Positions 19,351 to 29,030 of a DNA stretch of 64,000 nt are shown one piece after another; position 1 is the stretch's first letter; every line of letters begins with the position of its first letter. The notes under the pieces are model-generated. The model made no database searches. It saw only the letters and a program-made list of their open reading frames with translations, and had not been told where the DNA came from. Where the stretch lies: contig JAKAWT010000002.1 in assembly GCA_021816845.1 (NCBI GenBank), positions 213,329-277,328 of the forward strand, written 5' to 3'. The position numbers and the translations under genes are program-made. This DNA comes from a bacterium. GTDB lineage: Bacteria > Patescibacteriota > Dojkabacteria > JAKAPS01 > JAJZLI01.

Positions 19351-22104
19351 TTATACGAGTTTTCTTGAATTTAATCTCATATTTACCAACTGTAATAAAG
19401 AATTAATAACATCTCTTTTTATGCCTGATAAACCATAACATCTTAGTACTACGTCTTCAAATTCTATTCTATCTTTTTGAACTAATTCTTTAGTTATAGG
19501 AAAAACTTCTCTTTCTAATAATGGTTGAAATTTATTTAGTATTAAATTCTTTTGTCCATTTGATAAAAATAAAGGGTTTAAAATCATTAGATTCTTTTCT
19601 ATATTATCTTTATTCAAATCTAATACACTATCACCTCTTCCAAAACCTAAAGCTTCTATATAGAATATAGTCAAAAATGAATTCAATAAAGCATGGAGTA
19701 TATCTTTTTCAACATTTTGATGTTTCAGAGAAAATCCAATTAACCTTTGATTAATAAAAGAAGGATTATTCATTCTGGGAATAAAAATTCTTTCTGAAGG
19801 ATTCAAACTCATTGTAAAATCAGCTTTTTTATCCAAACTCATTGAATACCAAAATTTGTTACCTTTACCTAAAATCTGATTTAAAGGTTTTCCTTTTGTA
19901 TTGCTTAGATTTTCAAAAGATTTAATCCACTCTATAGCTCCGAAATGATTTAGTTTTTCTAAATCATTAATAGATAAAATACATGAAAATGCTCTTCCAT
20001 TAGCTTCTGTTGTAAGAGTCTTTACGGATTTTAAATTTTTTAAAAAAGGTTTGAGATATATTTTTTCTATATGATTATTTACTTCAGGATAAAATAATTT
20101 ATCCCATCCTCTTCTTTCTCCTCTATTAATGTCAAAAAATTGATTAACATTTATAACTTTATTCTCTAGTTTCATAACCCATGAGCAATCCGAGAATAAT
20201 CCATTACCACCAATACCATATTGACTTAAAATTTTTAAATCTTTATCTTTATAAGATTTCAAATATAATTCTTCATTATTTAAAAATTCATACTTATAAA
20301 TACTGCTAACAATATATTCAAAGTTATTTGATTTCTCTATATCGCCTTTTAATGTAACATATTTAGTCAAGTTTACATCTTTGTTTTTATTATTAATTTT
20401 TCTTAATATCATTATATTAGTTATAATTTTTACATCTTTAAACCATCTTCTAGAACCTGAAGTTATAACTATATCAATATGAAAGATTTTCCTTAAAGAA
20501 CTAATGAAATTCTTTCCCCATTTTGTTGATTGCCAAGAATTTGATATTATTAAACCTAAAACTCCATCTTTTGATAAGAATTTAACAAAATAAAAAGGTA
20601 AAAATGAATAGAAATCTCCTTTATTATTTAATTGTAAATCAATATTCAATTCTAATCTAATATATTCTCTTATTTCTTTTGCAATATTGGGATATAAAAT
20701 TGAATAAGTTTCTGATTTTATAAAAGGTAAATTTGAAACTACATAATCCATTAATGGCAAGCTAACTTTATAAATATCTCCAGAATAAGATTTATGAATA
20801 TTAATTAACATTCCCGCTTTGATATCAAGAACATCATCTTTGAATATATAAAATTTTTGTTCTTTATTCTCAGGATTAGCAATAGAAAAAGTAGCTAATT
20901 GTAAAGGAAATCCAAATTTATCACTTCCCCATGTAGATGAATAGATTTCTGATATCTTTAATTTATCATCTTCTTTTTTTAAATTAATAATCTCCCTTAG
21001 TATAGTTCCGGTACCACAACATGGGTCAATAACATTGGAATTTTTATTTCTTATAGTTAATTTAACTAAAAATTTTGATAAATATTGAGGTGTAGTAAAC
21101 TGACCTGCAATTTTTCTTTTACTTTTAATGACTAAATTATCTATCAATTCTTGAATAAAATCTTGAGTCATTTCTTGAATATTAGAATCTATTAATAAAT
21201 TATTGAATTCCAATATATTCTCCCAAAATTTATTAGGAATAATATCATCACCTAATTGTCTTACAAAAATATTCCAAAAATCTAATTTTTTAGATATATT
21301 TTCAAAGAATTCTAAAGAACACTTGATTTTATCAATAGTATTAAATTTATCTATTTCATTCGCGTTCATATTAAATTTCTTTATTAAATGTATGAATAGA
21401 AATTTGTTTATTACTGTTAAAAGATTTATTTTTGCAAGTACTATATATTTATCCTCTGTAGGGTATTCATACTGATTAGATTTCCACCAAATATTGATAT
21501 CATCACTAAATTCTGGATATTCATTACTTTTATCTTTAATATTATTAGAATAACTTTCTATATTGTTTTTTATTAAACTATCAATACCAAAAATAGATAT
21601 TGAATCAACTAGTGTTGTACTCTTAATACTTCCATTACTAAAATATATTACTAAATCTTCTAATATCTTATCTAATAAAATATAAATACTGTCTATTTGT
21701 TCAAAAACCTCTTCTCGTGTCTGAATTGTAGAAAGGTCTCTCCATTCTGATAAAATTTCTAAATCTTCATGATTATTAATAGTATATAACCTTGCATATT
21801 TAATATTCCATAATAAGAAACTCTTTAATCCTAAACTATCTGCTTTTTCTTTTGCATTTAAAATAAATTTTGAATCATTTATATCTGTATCAGGTAATTT
21901 GATTTCCCATCCTTGTAGATATGCTCCGGATGTTGAATCTGAATATAAAATTATGTCTGGGAAAAGTTTATTTTGATTTTGATTTGTAATTGTTATCTCA
22001 CCACCAGCTCTCTTTATAATTACATTCCTATTATTAGCCCAATTATTAATATATGAAATTAAATCAATACTTAAACTACGTTCATTTTCTTTAATATTTA
22101 TCAT
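19351..22104 (-). CDS. Type IIG restriction-modification enzyme (Eco57I/MmeI-like: N-terminal PD-ExK nuclease, central gamma-class N6-adenine methyltransferase, C-terminal TRD)
   Basis: N-terminal FPDIILYSD...GWEIK (D...ExK); MTase motif I DPCCGTGTIL followed by motif IV VVSNLPF (gamma order); 917 aa; 9 nt downstream of a separate MTase. Confidence 0.65.
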   Translation of the reverse strand: MINIKENERSLSIDLISYINNWANNRNVIIKRAGGEITITNQNQNKLFPDIILYSDSTSGAYLQGWEIKLPDTDINDSKFILNAKEKADSLGLKSFLLWNIKYARLYTINNHEDLEILSEWRDLSTIQTREEVFEQIDSIYILLDKILEDLVIYFSNGSIKSTTLVDSISIFGIDSLIKNNIESYSNNIKDKSNEYPEFSDDINIWWKSNQYEYPTEDKYIVLAKINLLTVINKFLFIHLIKKFNMNANEIDKFNTIDKIKCSLEFFENISKKLDFWNIFVRQLGDDIIPNKFWENILEFNNLLIDSNIQEMTQDFIQELIDNLVIKSKRKIAGQFTTPQYLSKFLVKLTIRNKNSNVIDPCCGTGTILREIINLKKEDDKLKISEIYSSTWGSDKFGFPLQLATFSIANPENKEQKFYIFKDDVLDIKAGMLINIHKSYSGDIYKVSLPLMDYVVSNLPFIKSETYSILYPNIAKEIREYIRLELNIDLQLNNKGDFYSFLPFYFVKFLSKDGVLGLIISNSWQSTKWGKNFISSLRKIFHIDIVITSGSRRWFKDVKIITNIMILRKINNKNKDVNLTKYVTLKGDIEKSNNFEYIVSSIYKYEFLNNEELYLKSYKDKDLKILSQYGIGGNGLFSDCSWVMKLENKVINVNQFFDINRGERRGWDKLFYPEVNNHIEKIYLKPFLKNLKSVKTLTTEANGRAFSCILSINDLEKLNHFGAIEWIKSFENLSNTKGKPLNQILGKGNKFWYSMSLDKKADFTMSLNPSERIFIPRMNNPSFINQRLIGFSLKHQNVEKDILHALLNSFLTIFYIEALGFGRGDSVLDLNKDNIEKNLMILNPLFLSNGQKNLILNKFQPLLEREVFPITKELVQKDRIEFEDVVLRCYGLSGIKRDVINSLLQLVNMRLNSRKLV

Positions 22105-22112
22105 TCTTAATT

Positions 22113-22919
22113 TTATAAATCAAAAGAATTAAAAAATCCTAGGCTTTTTTTTGCAGCTTCAATCCTTTTGATAGATATATCTATTAAATTTACTTTATTT
22201 TTTTTATGCAAAAGAGTATCTTCATTTTTTTCTATTCCTATAAAGTTTCTATTCTCTAATACAGCACTAACAAGAAAACTTCCACTACCAGAAGTATTAT
22301 CTAAAACAGTATCTCCTTCATTTGTATATGTTCTTATAATATATCTTCCTAATTCCACTGGTTTTTGAGTCGGATGATATACTTTTCCTTCACTTTCAGC
22401 TGTTTTAAAATATATAACATCGCTAGGATATCTTTGTCCATCACTTTGAATTTGTATAGAATTAAAATCCCCGTAACTCCCTGTTAATTGGTCTTTTCTA
22501 ACTCCTTTATCATATGGAACTCCTTCATTCATTTGAGGATTATAAATAGGTTGATTTTTATAGAATATGCAAATATCTTCATGTTTTCTTAACGGCTGTT
22601 TTTTTGCATTTAAAAAGTTTGTTGATTTTGATTTAACCCAAATCAGTTTATATTTAAACAGTTTTTTATTACTCATAATTAATTCTGCACTAAATGCTCC
22701 TTGAGAAGAAAGTGCTATAACTCCATTATCTTTAATTATCCGTTCATATTGTTCCCATAGTTTATCCAAAGGAATAACACTATCCCATATATTCTGTGTT
22801 GTACCATAAGGCAAATCACATAATATTAAATCAATAGACTTGCTATCAATGAAAGGTAAAACCTTTAAACAGTCATTTTCTATAACTTTATTTAAAAATT
22901 CTGTATTAAATTTAGACAT
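22113..22919 (-). CDS. DNA methyltransferase, beta-class (N6-adenine or N4-cytosine), companion to the Type IIG enzyme
   Basis: Motif IV LILCDLPYG preceding motif I DNTSGSGSF (beta-class order); 268 aa. Confidence 0.7.
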   Translation of the reverse strand: MSKFNTEFLNKVIENDCLKVLPFIDSKSIDLILCDLPYGTTQNIWDSVIPLDKLWEQYERIIKDNGVIALSSQGAFSAELIMSNKKLFKYKLIWVKSKSTNFLNAKKQPLRKHEDICIFYKNQPIYNPQMNEGVPYDKGVRKDQLTGSYGDFNSIQIQSDGQRYPSDVIYFKTAESEGKVYHPTQKPVELGRYIIRTYTNEGDTVLDNTSGSGSFLVSAVLENRNFIGIEKNEDTLLHKKNKVNLIDISIKRIEAAKKSLGFFNSFDL

Positions 22920-23359
22920 AATTAAAAGTATATTTATACTTCATCATTATAAACTTTTTGCTTTCTGAAAGGAATTGTTTATATTAATTAAATCATCATA
23001 TATCTTACTAGAGCTTAAATAGTGTTTTATTTTCAAAGATTTTATCAATTGTATATTTAATACAATTATCTTGTCAAATTCCCATCTATAATACCAATTT
23101 TTTTCAGAATAAACTTATGGGGACTGTGGACGATATTCGAACCCTTATTTCAAATAATTTAATTCTTAATATATTTACATAAATTATCTCTTCTTCTAGT
23201 GTAACGAGAACTAAGTCTCTATGAAGAAGAAGTAATTTATTTTTAATAATAAAAAATGAATATATCTAATTATGGTATAATATTTATATAATAATAAATA
23301 TAAATGAATTAAAATAAAAATTCAGGATTAAACTCTTCAGAAGATTATAATGGAAATTT

Positions 23360-23435
23360 AGTATTTATGAAGATACGAGCACCAAAGGACATACAAAATG
23401 GTGTGCACTTGTGCTTAGAAAGTTATAAAATAACA
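23360..23435 (+). pseudogene. remnant copy of the 3' end of the SAM-methyltransferase gene (12871..13467)
   Basis: tttatgaagatac...caaaatggt.cac..gt.cttagaaag.tataaaataa aligns with 13404..13478 at about 75% identity, including the stop codon. Confidence 0.45.
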
Positions 23436-23460
23436 TTATAATATTTATTAGAATAATAGA

Positions 23461-23770
23461 ATGACTAAAAAAGATATTTCAGAGGGGGTAGTACACAAAG
23501 TTCCCCCAGATTTAAAAGAAGCTTTGATTTCTGATTCACAAACTCTAGAAATATGGGAAAGTCTTACTCCTCTTGCACGTAATGAATGGATCTGCTGGAC
23601 TACCTTTGTTTAAAAAACCAGAAACCAGAAAGCAGCATGTTAAAAGGGTTATTACAGAACTTAAAGAAGGCATGCGTAGACCTTGTTGTTGGATAGGCTG
23701 TATACATCGTCTTGATAAACCTGTAAGCCCTTCTATACAACATATTATTAATAAATCTCATATTATCTAA
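23461..23770 (+). pseudogene. frameshifted YdeI/OmpD-associated (DUF1905/PF13376-like) gene
   Basis: Frame 1 encodes MTKKDISEGVVHKVPPDLKEALISDSQTLEIWESLTPLARNEWICWTT then stops. Frame 2 continues KKPETRKQHVKRVITELKEGMRRP. The shift occurs at an A6 homopolymer near 23616. Confidence 0.5.
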
Positions 23771-23845
23771 TTAAATTACACTTTATCCCTTATTAATAAA
23801 AATAATTATATTGATATTGTATGACTTTTGTATTAATATGAATTT

Positions 23846-24067
23846 ATGAGAAAATCATACAAATCATGGACAATATATAGTATTGGACTTTTTATGGCTT
23901 GGGGAATTATTTTTCTTATCAGATGGAGACTTAAATCCTATCCAAGCCTACAAGATTTAGCCTTAGTATTCTTTGGTTATTTTATAGGATGGTTATCAGC
24001 AACTATAAAATTTGTTCTGGTTAGTAATAAAATTTATGGTATCGTATCTTTTAAACCAGACAAATAA
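23846..24067 (+). CDS. small 2-TM membrane protein (hypothetical)
   Basis: 73 aa, two hydrophobic helices. Confidence 0.3.
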   Translation: MRKSYKSWTIYSIGLFMAWGIIFLIRWRLKSYPSLQDLALVFFGYFIGWLSATIKFVLVSNKIYGIVSFKPDK

Positions 24068-24359
24068 TATTGTAAGTTGGTACTTTTTTAATAGATTCCA
24101 TTTTAATACAATAATTTAGATATTAGTAAAATTTCATGTTAACATTAAAATTAATAAAAGAGCAATTGAAAAGTTCTAGAGAGATTTTTGAAGGAGAAAT
24201 TGCAACTCTGCCTCAATATATTACTGGTATTTTAAGCATTTTAGTCTTTATTACCTCAATACAGCAATTACTGAAAGATTTTGCAATAAATAAAAGGGTA
24301 TCATAAAAAGACTGTGTAATTCAAAAAATAAATAACAGATAATTAAAACTTAGGAAGTT

Positions 24360-25649
24360 TTACTCGTATCTAAGTGCTTCTATAGGATCTTTTCTACTAG
24401 CTCTTAAAGCAGGTAGAGCTCCTGCTAGAAATGCAATAATCATAATGCCAACTATTACAGAAACAATAGTATTTAATGGAAAAGTAAGTAATGATAAACC
24501 AGGAAAAGCTTTAAGAAAACTATGTTTACCTATTGCATTAACTGAACTACCAATTAAAAATGCAAAAACTACACCTAAAAGGCTTCCCCAAAAACCAATT
24601 AGTATTGCTTCAATACTAAAGAGAGCAAATATTCTGTGTGGGCTCATACCAAGTGCCTTCATTAATCCTATTTCTTTTGTTCTTTCTTGTACAGACATAA
24701 ATAAAGTGTTAATAATACCAAATGAAGCTGCTAATAAGGCAATAATTCCAAATATATCAAATACAATAATAATAGCACTGATTACTGAAAACAGAGTACT
24801 CTCCTCATCTTTTATTGTCATTCCAGTAAATCCTTTAGCAGTTAGTTGACTTTTTATTTTATTAATTTGATTTGTAGTTAAGTTTTTTGGAAAGGTAGCA
24901 TAAGCGGTTAGAAATGTATTAGTAAGAGTTTTTGGTATTCCTGTAGTTCTAATATGGTATATATTATTTGCTAAAGTAGTATTAGCAAAAGAGGTAGATT
25001 CTCCTATTAAATTTTTCTGCTGGACTCCCGTAACAGTTGCAATAACATTGAAATGAATGTTTCTAGGATTAGTAACTCCTATTGTAACTGTTTTACCAAT
25101 AATAGATTTATTACTACTATAACCAAGAACACTAACATAACTTTCTGGGATACTAATTTGATTTTGAGTACTATTATTATTAACCCCGCTACCCACAACC
25201 ATATCAGAAGTAGCGTTACCGAACTGTTGCTCTAATGTTAGTTGATACTTACTACCTGTCCCTTGAATATAATCTGGAGAAAGTGAGTGGGCTGGTACAA
25301 CACTGGTAATATTATGAATAGATTTAATTTTTGCTATATCCTCTAGATTCATGAGTAATTGTTCTTTACCTAGACCTCCTGAAGATACAGTAACGTTTGG
25401 ATTATATGCATATTTTACTGGCCCATTTGTTGGTGATGCAGCCTTAGTAGTTAAAGTTACTAATAAGATATTAGAAGCTCCTAGATTACCAATCTGTTGA
25501 TTTAAGTAAGTTTTTATGCCAGTACCAATTCCATTCGTTAGAGTAATTGTCATAGCTCCTATTACTATAGCAATAATAGTTAAAAGAGTCCTAACCTTAG
25601 AGCGTAACATATTGCTACTAGCGGTCTGTAATATATCTCTAAAATTCAT
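24360..25649 (-). CDS. ABC transporter permease, FtsX/MacB family (second copy)
   Basis: N-terminal TM, extracytoplasmic domain, C-terminal FtsX 3-TM domain ending ...SRKDPIEALRYE; 4-nt overlap with the upstream ATPase. Confidence 0.85.
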   Translation of the reverse strand: MNFRDILQTASSNMLRSKVRTLLTIIAIVIGAMTITLTNGIGTGIKTYLNQQIGNLGASNILLVTLTTKAASPTNGPVKYAYNPNVTVSSGGLGKEQLLMNLEDIAKIKSIHNITSVVPAHSLSPDYIQGTGSKYQLTLEQQFGNATSDMVVGSGVNNNSTQNQISIPESYVSVLGYSSNKSIIGKTVTIGVTNPRNIHFNVIATVTGVQQKNLIGESTSFANTTLANNIYHIRTTGIPKTLTNTFLTAYATFPKNLTTNQINKIKSQLTAKGFTGMTIKDEESTLFSVISAIIIVFDIFGIIALLAASFGIINTLFMSVQERTKEIGLMKALGMSPHRIFALFSIEAILIGFWGSLLGVVFAFLIGSSVNAIGKHSFLKAFPGLSLLTFPLNTIVSVIVGIMIIAFLAGALPALRASRKDPIEALRYE

Positions 25650-26353
25650 ATGTTTTTATCTCCATCAATTAATTTACCATCTAAAATATGCATTTGTCTT
25701 TGACAACGCGCTGCAATATCTTTATCATGAGTAACAATAATAAGAGTAATATCATGTTCTTTATTCAATTTAAACAGTAAGTCTTCTACAATCTTCCCAG
25801 TATGGCTATCAAGATTTCCTGTTGGCTCATCAGCAAATATTATACTAGGGTTATTAATTAGCGCCCTTGCAATACATACTCTTTGTTTTTGCCCCCCACT
25901 TAAATTTACAGCCTTTGTATTTGCTTTATCAACTAATTCTACAGTCTTAAGTGATTTCATGCCTTTTTCTCTACGCTCCTTACGTCCAACTTTTGCAATT
26001 TTAAGCGGAAGAACTACATTGTTTAATACTGTGTCATTACTATTTAAAAAGAATTGTTGAAAAACAAAACCATAACTTTTATTACGCAAACTTTCAATTT
26101 GCCTATTAGTTAACTTAGATGTATCTTGATCACCAACGAAAACTATTCCTTTGGTGGGACTATCAAGTAATGCTAGCATATGCATTAATGTACTCTTACC
26201 CGAACCACTCTTACCTAAAATAGCAACAGATTCTCCAGATATAATAGAAATATTAATATCATTAAGTGCCGTAAAAGCAACTTCTCCTTTACCATAGATT
26301 TTAGTAACATTTTTTGTACCTACAACTTGAGGTTTATCTAGTAATTTAGCCAT
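25646..26353 (-). CDS. ABC transporter ATP-binding protein, MacB/FtsE-type (second copy)
   Basis: GKSGSGKST Walker A, LSGGQKQRVCIARAL, IFADEPTGNLD, VTHD. Confidence 0.9.
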   Translation of the reverse strand: MAKLLDKPQVVGTKNVTKIYGKGEVAFTALNDINISIISGESVAILGKSGSGKSTLMHMLALLDSPTKGIVFVGDQDTSKLTNRQIESLRNKSYGFVFQQFFLNSNDTVLNNVVLPLKIAKVGRKERREKGMKSLKTVELVDKANTKAVNLSGGQKQRVCIARALINNPSIIFADEPTGNLDSHTGKIVEDLLFKLNKEHDITLIIVTHDKDIAARCQRQMHILDGKLIDGDKNI

Positions 26354-26511
26354 TAATGTTTATTCTACTATAAAATGCAATGATTAACAATCACCTTTAT
26401 AGAGATAAATTTCTAGAATTATTTATTATATTGGAACTATTTTTACTAAAACTTGACAACTTTACTAATAGTAAAGTATAATACTATTATTAAATTAATA
26501 TAATAAAAATT

Positions 26512-26937
26512 ATGGATAAGTTAGATTTGAATCAAGAAGGTAATAATATGTTAAATCGGATTAAAGATACTCAAGAGGTAATAAAAAATAAGGGTGTCAA
26601 AGGATATCTTCCTTGGTTTTTTTGGGGGTTATTTGTACTTATAACTTATCCTTCATTTGATTTTATTAAAAGTTTTATTTGGTATATTATAGCAATAATT
26701 ATATTTATAGTAGGCATAGTTTTGTCATATTACTATTATATTATTGTCAATAGGCATATCCATAGTGTATCTCACTCTCCCTGGTACATGTCTTTGTTAT
26801 ATTTTATATTAATAGCAATAACAATATTACTTGCTAATATATTTCAACCAAACTTCCATTATTCTTGGGTTTTAGGTGGCATAATACTTGCAGCTTTATT
26901 TTTTATGTACGGTTTCTACTTAAAGCTAAAATATTAA
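26512..26937 (+). CDS. membrane protein (4 TM), partner of a winged-helix regulator
   Basis: Hydrophobic 141-aa ORF immediately upstream of an HTH_34-type regulator. Confidence 0.45.
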   Translation: MDKLDLNQEGNNMLNRIKDTQEVIKNKGVKGYLPWFFWGLFVLITYPSFDFIKSFIWYIIAIIIFIVGIVLSYYYYIIVNRHIHSVSHSPWYMSLLYFILIAITILLANIFQPNFHYSWVLGGIILAALFFMYGFYLKLKY

Positions 26938-26941
26938 AATC

Positions 26942-27244
26942 ATGGATCTATCATACCACAAACTTGACCCAATTATTCATCAACCAGCACGCCTTTCAAT
27001 TATGGCGGCTTTAGCTGTTACTCTGGAAGTAGAATTTATTGTTATACGAGATACAATAAAAATTAGCGATTCATTATTATCCAGATATATTTCAGTTTTA
27101 GAAAAAGCTGGATATATATACGTACGTAAAGTTTTTGTTAATAAAAGACCAAAAACATGGCTTTCTCTAACAAAAAAAGGACACATAGCTTTTAACAAAT
27201 ATATTCAGGATTTAGAAAGTATAGTTAGTCGGAAATCTCAATAA
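26942..27244 (+). CDS. winged-helix transcriptional regulator (HTH_34/PF13601-like)
   Basis: LDPIIHQPARLSIMAAL ... KRPKTWLSLTKKGHIAFNKYIQDLE pattern. Confidence 0.55.
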   Translation: MDLSYHKLDPIIHQPARLSIMAALAVTLEVEFIVIRDTIKISDSLLSRYISVLEKAGYIYVRKVFVNKRPKTWLSLTKKGHIAFNKYIQDLESIVSRKSQ

Positions 27245-27295
27245 AATTAAATATAAAATATACGCAAATGTTAAACGTAGAAACTTTACTATTAA

Positions 27296-27532
27296 TCAGT
27301 CCTCTGGCAGAGAAGCAAAAATCTTCTTTGTTTTCATATACCATCCCATTCCCGATATGGGATTCTTCCACCTAGACTGCATACTCTTAAGTGCACTTTT
27401 GTGTATTTCATCACCATTAGCAACCATTTCTTTTAAATGTTTATCTTGTGCCTTGATAACTTCATTAGCATCATTACCATGAAACTTGGTATCACATGGT
27501 CCTCCCATTTGTTTACATGTCATTGTTTTCAT
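27296..27532 (-). CDS. DUF1059-family small metal-binding protein
   Basis: MKTMTCKQMGGPCDTKFHGNDANEV...H: the CxxMGxxCD...H signature. Confidence 0.55.
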   Translation of the reverse strand: MKTMTCKQMGGPCDTKFHGNDANEVIKAQDKHLKEMVANGDEIHKSALKSMQSRWKNPISGMGWYMKTKKIFASLPED

Positions 27533-27564
27533 ATTTATTACTTACTGTTAGTATTTTAGCTAAA

Positions 27565-27813
27565 TCACTTTACCATTTTCTTTCTGTATAAATAGGCTAT
27601 TGCACTTGTTACCCAAGAAATTATCAACCCAACAGCAACTCCTCTCAAATATCTGTTACTTGTAAGATATGACAATGAAAGGAATATCACACTTAAAATT
27701 AACTCAAATAATATAAGTGTCATATCCAACCTTCCTAAAATTCTTTTTCTCCATTCCTTCATATCTCCACCTTTTATCATTATGTAGAATCTCTCTGTTG
27801 TTTTTGCACTCAT
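27565..27813 (-). CDS. small 2-TM membrane protein (hypothetical)
   Basis: 82 aa, hydrophobic. Confidence 0.3.
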   Translation of the reverse strand: MSAKTTERFYIMIKGGDMKEWRKRILGRLDMTLILFELILSVIFLSLSYLTSNRYLRGVAVGLIISWVTSAIAYLYRKKMVK

Positions 27814-27864
27814 TATACATCTAATTTATAAAAAATATTTTACGTAACTTAGTTCCTTATTCTT

Positions 27865-28392
27865 TTAATCAATAGTCTTTATTATACAATTTTTTAAGTA
27901 AATTGTAGAACCAGATACTTTTTCTATTATTCCCCTAACCATAAGGTGGTCATAACGATTCATTCTATTCAAAAAATTATACATATTCTTTTGTACTGAA
28001 AAACATACATAACAACTAAACTTGTCTAAAGATACAGTAAAAACATTTGACCTATCATTATCAAAAGTATCATCATTTAAACTAAACAATTTGACTTCCC
28101 ATGTAATTTTATAATCTATATATCCACTAGCAATAATTTTTTGGGCTGATAAAGGATGATTATCAATATCATTTATAATATCCCTAGGAGATTTTTTAGA
28201 TAAAGTAAATTTTTTAAATTTTTCTTTATTTGTAGTTATACTTCCATTGTTTTCAATTTGATTTTGATGCTGTATTTTATTATCTTTACTTCTATCTTTA
28301 CCTATGCCAAAACCATAATACAAGATTAAGCCTGCAATTACAGTACCTCCTATTCCTATAACCCATGGATTATTCATTAATATATTTATCAT
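27865..28392 (-). CDS. membrane-anchored hypothetical protein
   Basis: Real start placed at MINILMNNPWV (28392). The upstream part of ORF 27865..28707 is an artefact that reads through tRNA-Gln/Gly/Phe. Confidence 0.45.
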   Translation of the reverse strand: MINILMNNPWVIGIGGTVIAGLILYYGFGIGKDRSKDNKIQHQNQIENNGSITTNKEKFKKFTLSKKSPRDIINDIDNHPLSAQKIIASGYIDYKITWEVKLFSLNDDTFDNDRSNVFTVSLDKFSCYVCFSVQKNMYNFLNRMNRYDHLMVRGIIEKVSGSTIYLKNCIIKTID

Positions 28393-28413
28393 AGTAATAA
28401 AAATAATAAAGCA

Positions 28414-28484
28414 CTGGGATGCAGGGATTCGAACCCCAAACTTCAGGACCAAAACCTGGCGTGATGCCATTTCACCACATCCCA
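28414..28484 (-). tRNA. tRNA-Gln(TTG)
   Basis: Acceptor TGGGATG/CATCCCA, anticodon loop TTTTGGT, T-loop GGTTCGAATCC; no encoded CCA. Confidence 0.75.
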
Positions 28485-28493
28485 AAATAAATA

Positions 28494-28566
28494 AGCGGAA
28501 GACGGGGTTCAAACCCGCGACCTTATCCTTGGCAAGGATACGCTCTATCAACTGAGCTACTTCCGC
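28494..28566 (-). tRNA. tRNA-Gly(GCC)
   Basis: Acceptor GCGGAAG/CTTCCGC, anticodon stem TATCC/GGATA with loop TTGCCAA, T-loop GGTTTGAACCC. Confidence 0.8.
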
Positions 28567-28571
28567 AGATA

Positions 28572-28644
28572 TGCCACAGGTGGGGCTCGGACCCACGACA
28601 CAAGGCTCTTCAGGCCTCTGCTCTACCAGCTGAGCTACCGTGGC
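28572..28644 (-). tRNA. tRNA-Phe(GAA)
   Basis: Acceptor GCCACGG/CTGTGGC, D-arm AGCTCAGCTGGTAGAGC, anticodon loop CTGAAGA. Confidence 0.8.
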
Positions 28645-28709
28645 ATAAAACATTAAGAGTATACCAAATTTTTTTAATATTGAAAATTTATTTAATGGAG
28701 AAAACACAT

Positions 28710-28782
28710 TGGGTGGTACAGGGATCGGACCTGTGACATCTACGGTGTAAACGTAGCGCTCTACCAGCTGAGCTAACCACCC
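28710..28782 (-). tRNA. tRNA-Val(TAC)
   Basis: Acceptor GGGTGGT/ACCACCC, anticodon stem CTACG/CGTAG with loop TTTACAC. Confidence 0.8.
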
Positions 28783-28797
28783 AAATTAAATCTACAA

Positions 28798-28886
28798 TGG
28801 GCAGAAGAGGACTTGAACCTCCATGCCACTAAATAAGGGGCACAACCACCTCAAGGTTGCGTGTCTACCGATTCCACCATCTGCCC
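28798..28886 (-). tRNA. tRNA-Leu(GAG)
   Basis: Acceptor GGGCAGA/TCTGCCC, long variable arm, anticodon stem CAACC/GGTTG with loop TTGAGGT. Confidence 0.75.
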
Positions 28887-28947
28887 AAAATCTATATTAA
28901 AGACACAGGCATATTATATTTAAAAAAAACAAATTTTGCAATGAATT

Positions 28948-29029
28948 TGCCAGAGAGAGGACTTGAACCTCCAAATCTTTCGATACAGCGTTCTGAACAC
29001 TGCGTGTATACCAATTTCACCACTCTGGC
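28948..29029 (-). tRNA. tRNA-Leu(CAG)
   Basis: Acceptor GCCAGAG/CTCTGGC, long variable arm, anticodon stem CAGTG/CGCTG with loop TTCAGAA. Confidence 0.7.
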
Positions 29030-29030
29030 A

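Noticed and set aside
19351-23460. RM region as part of a prophage or integrative element
   Set aside because: No integrase, recombinase, transposase or phage structural genes in the window; only compositional bias and flanking gene debris, so just flagged as probable horizontal acquisition.
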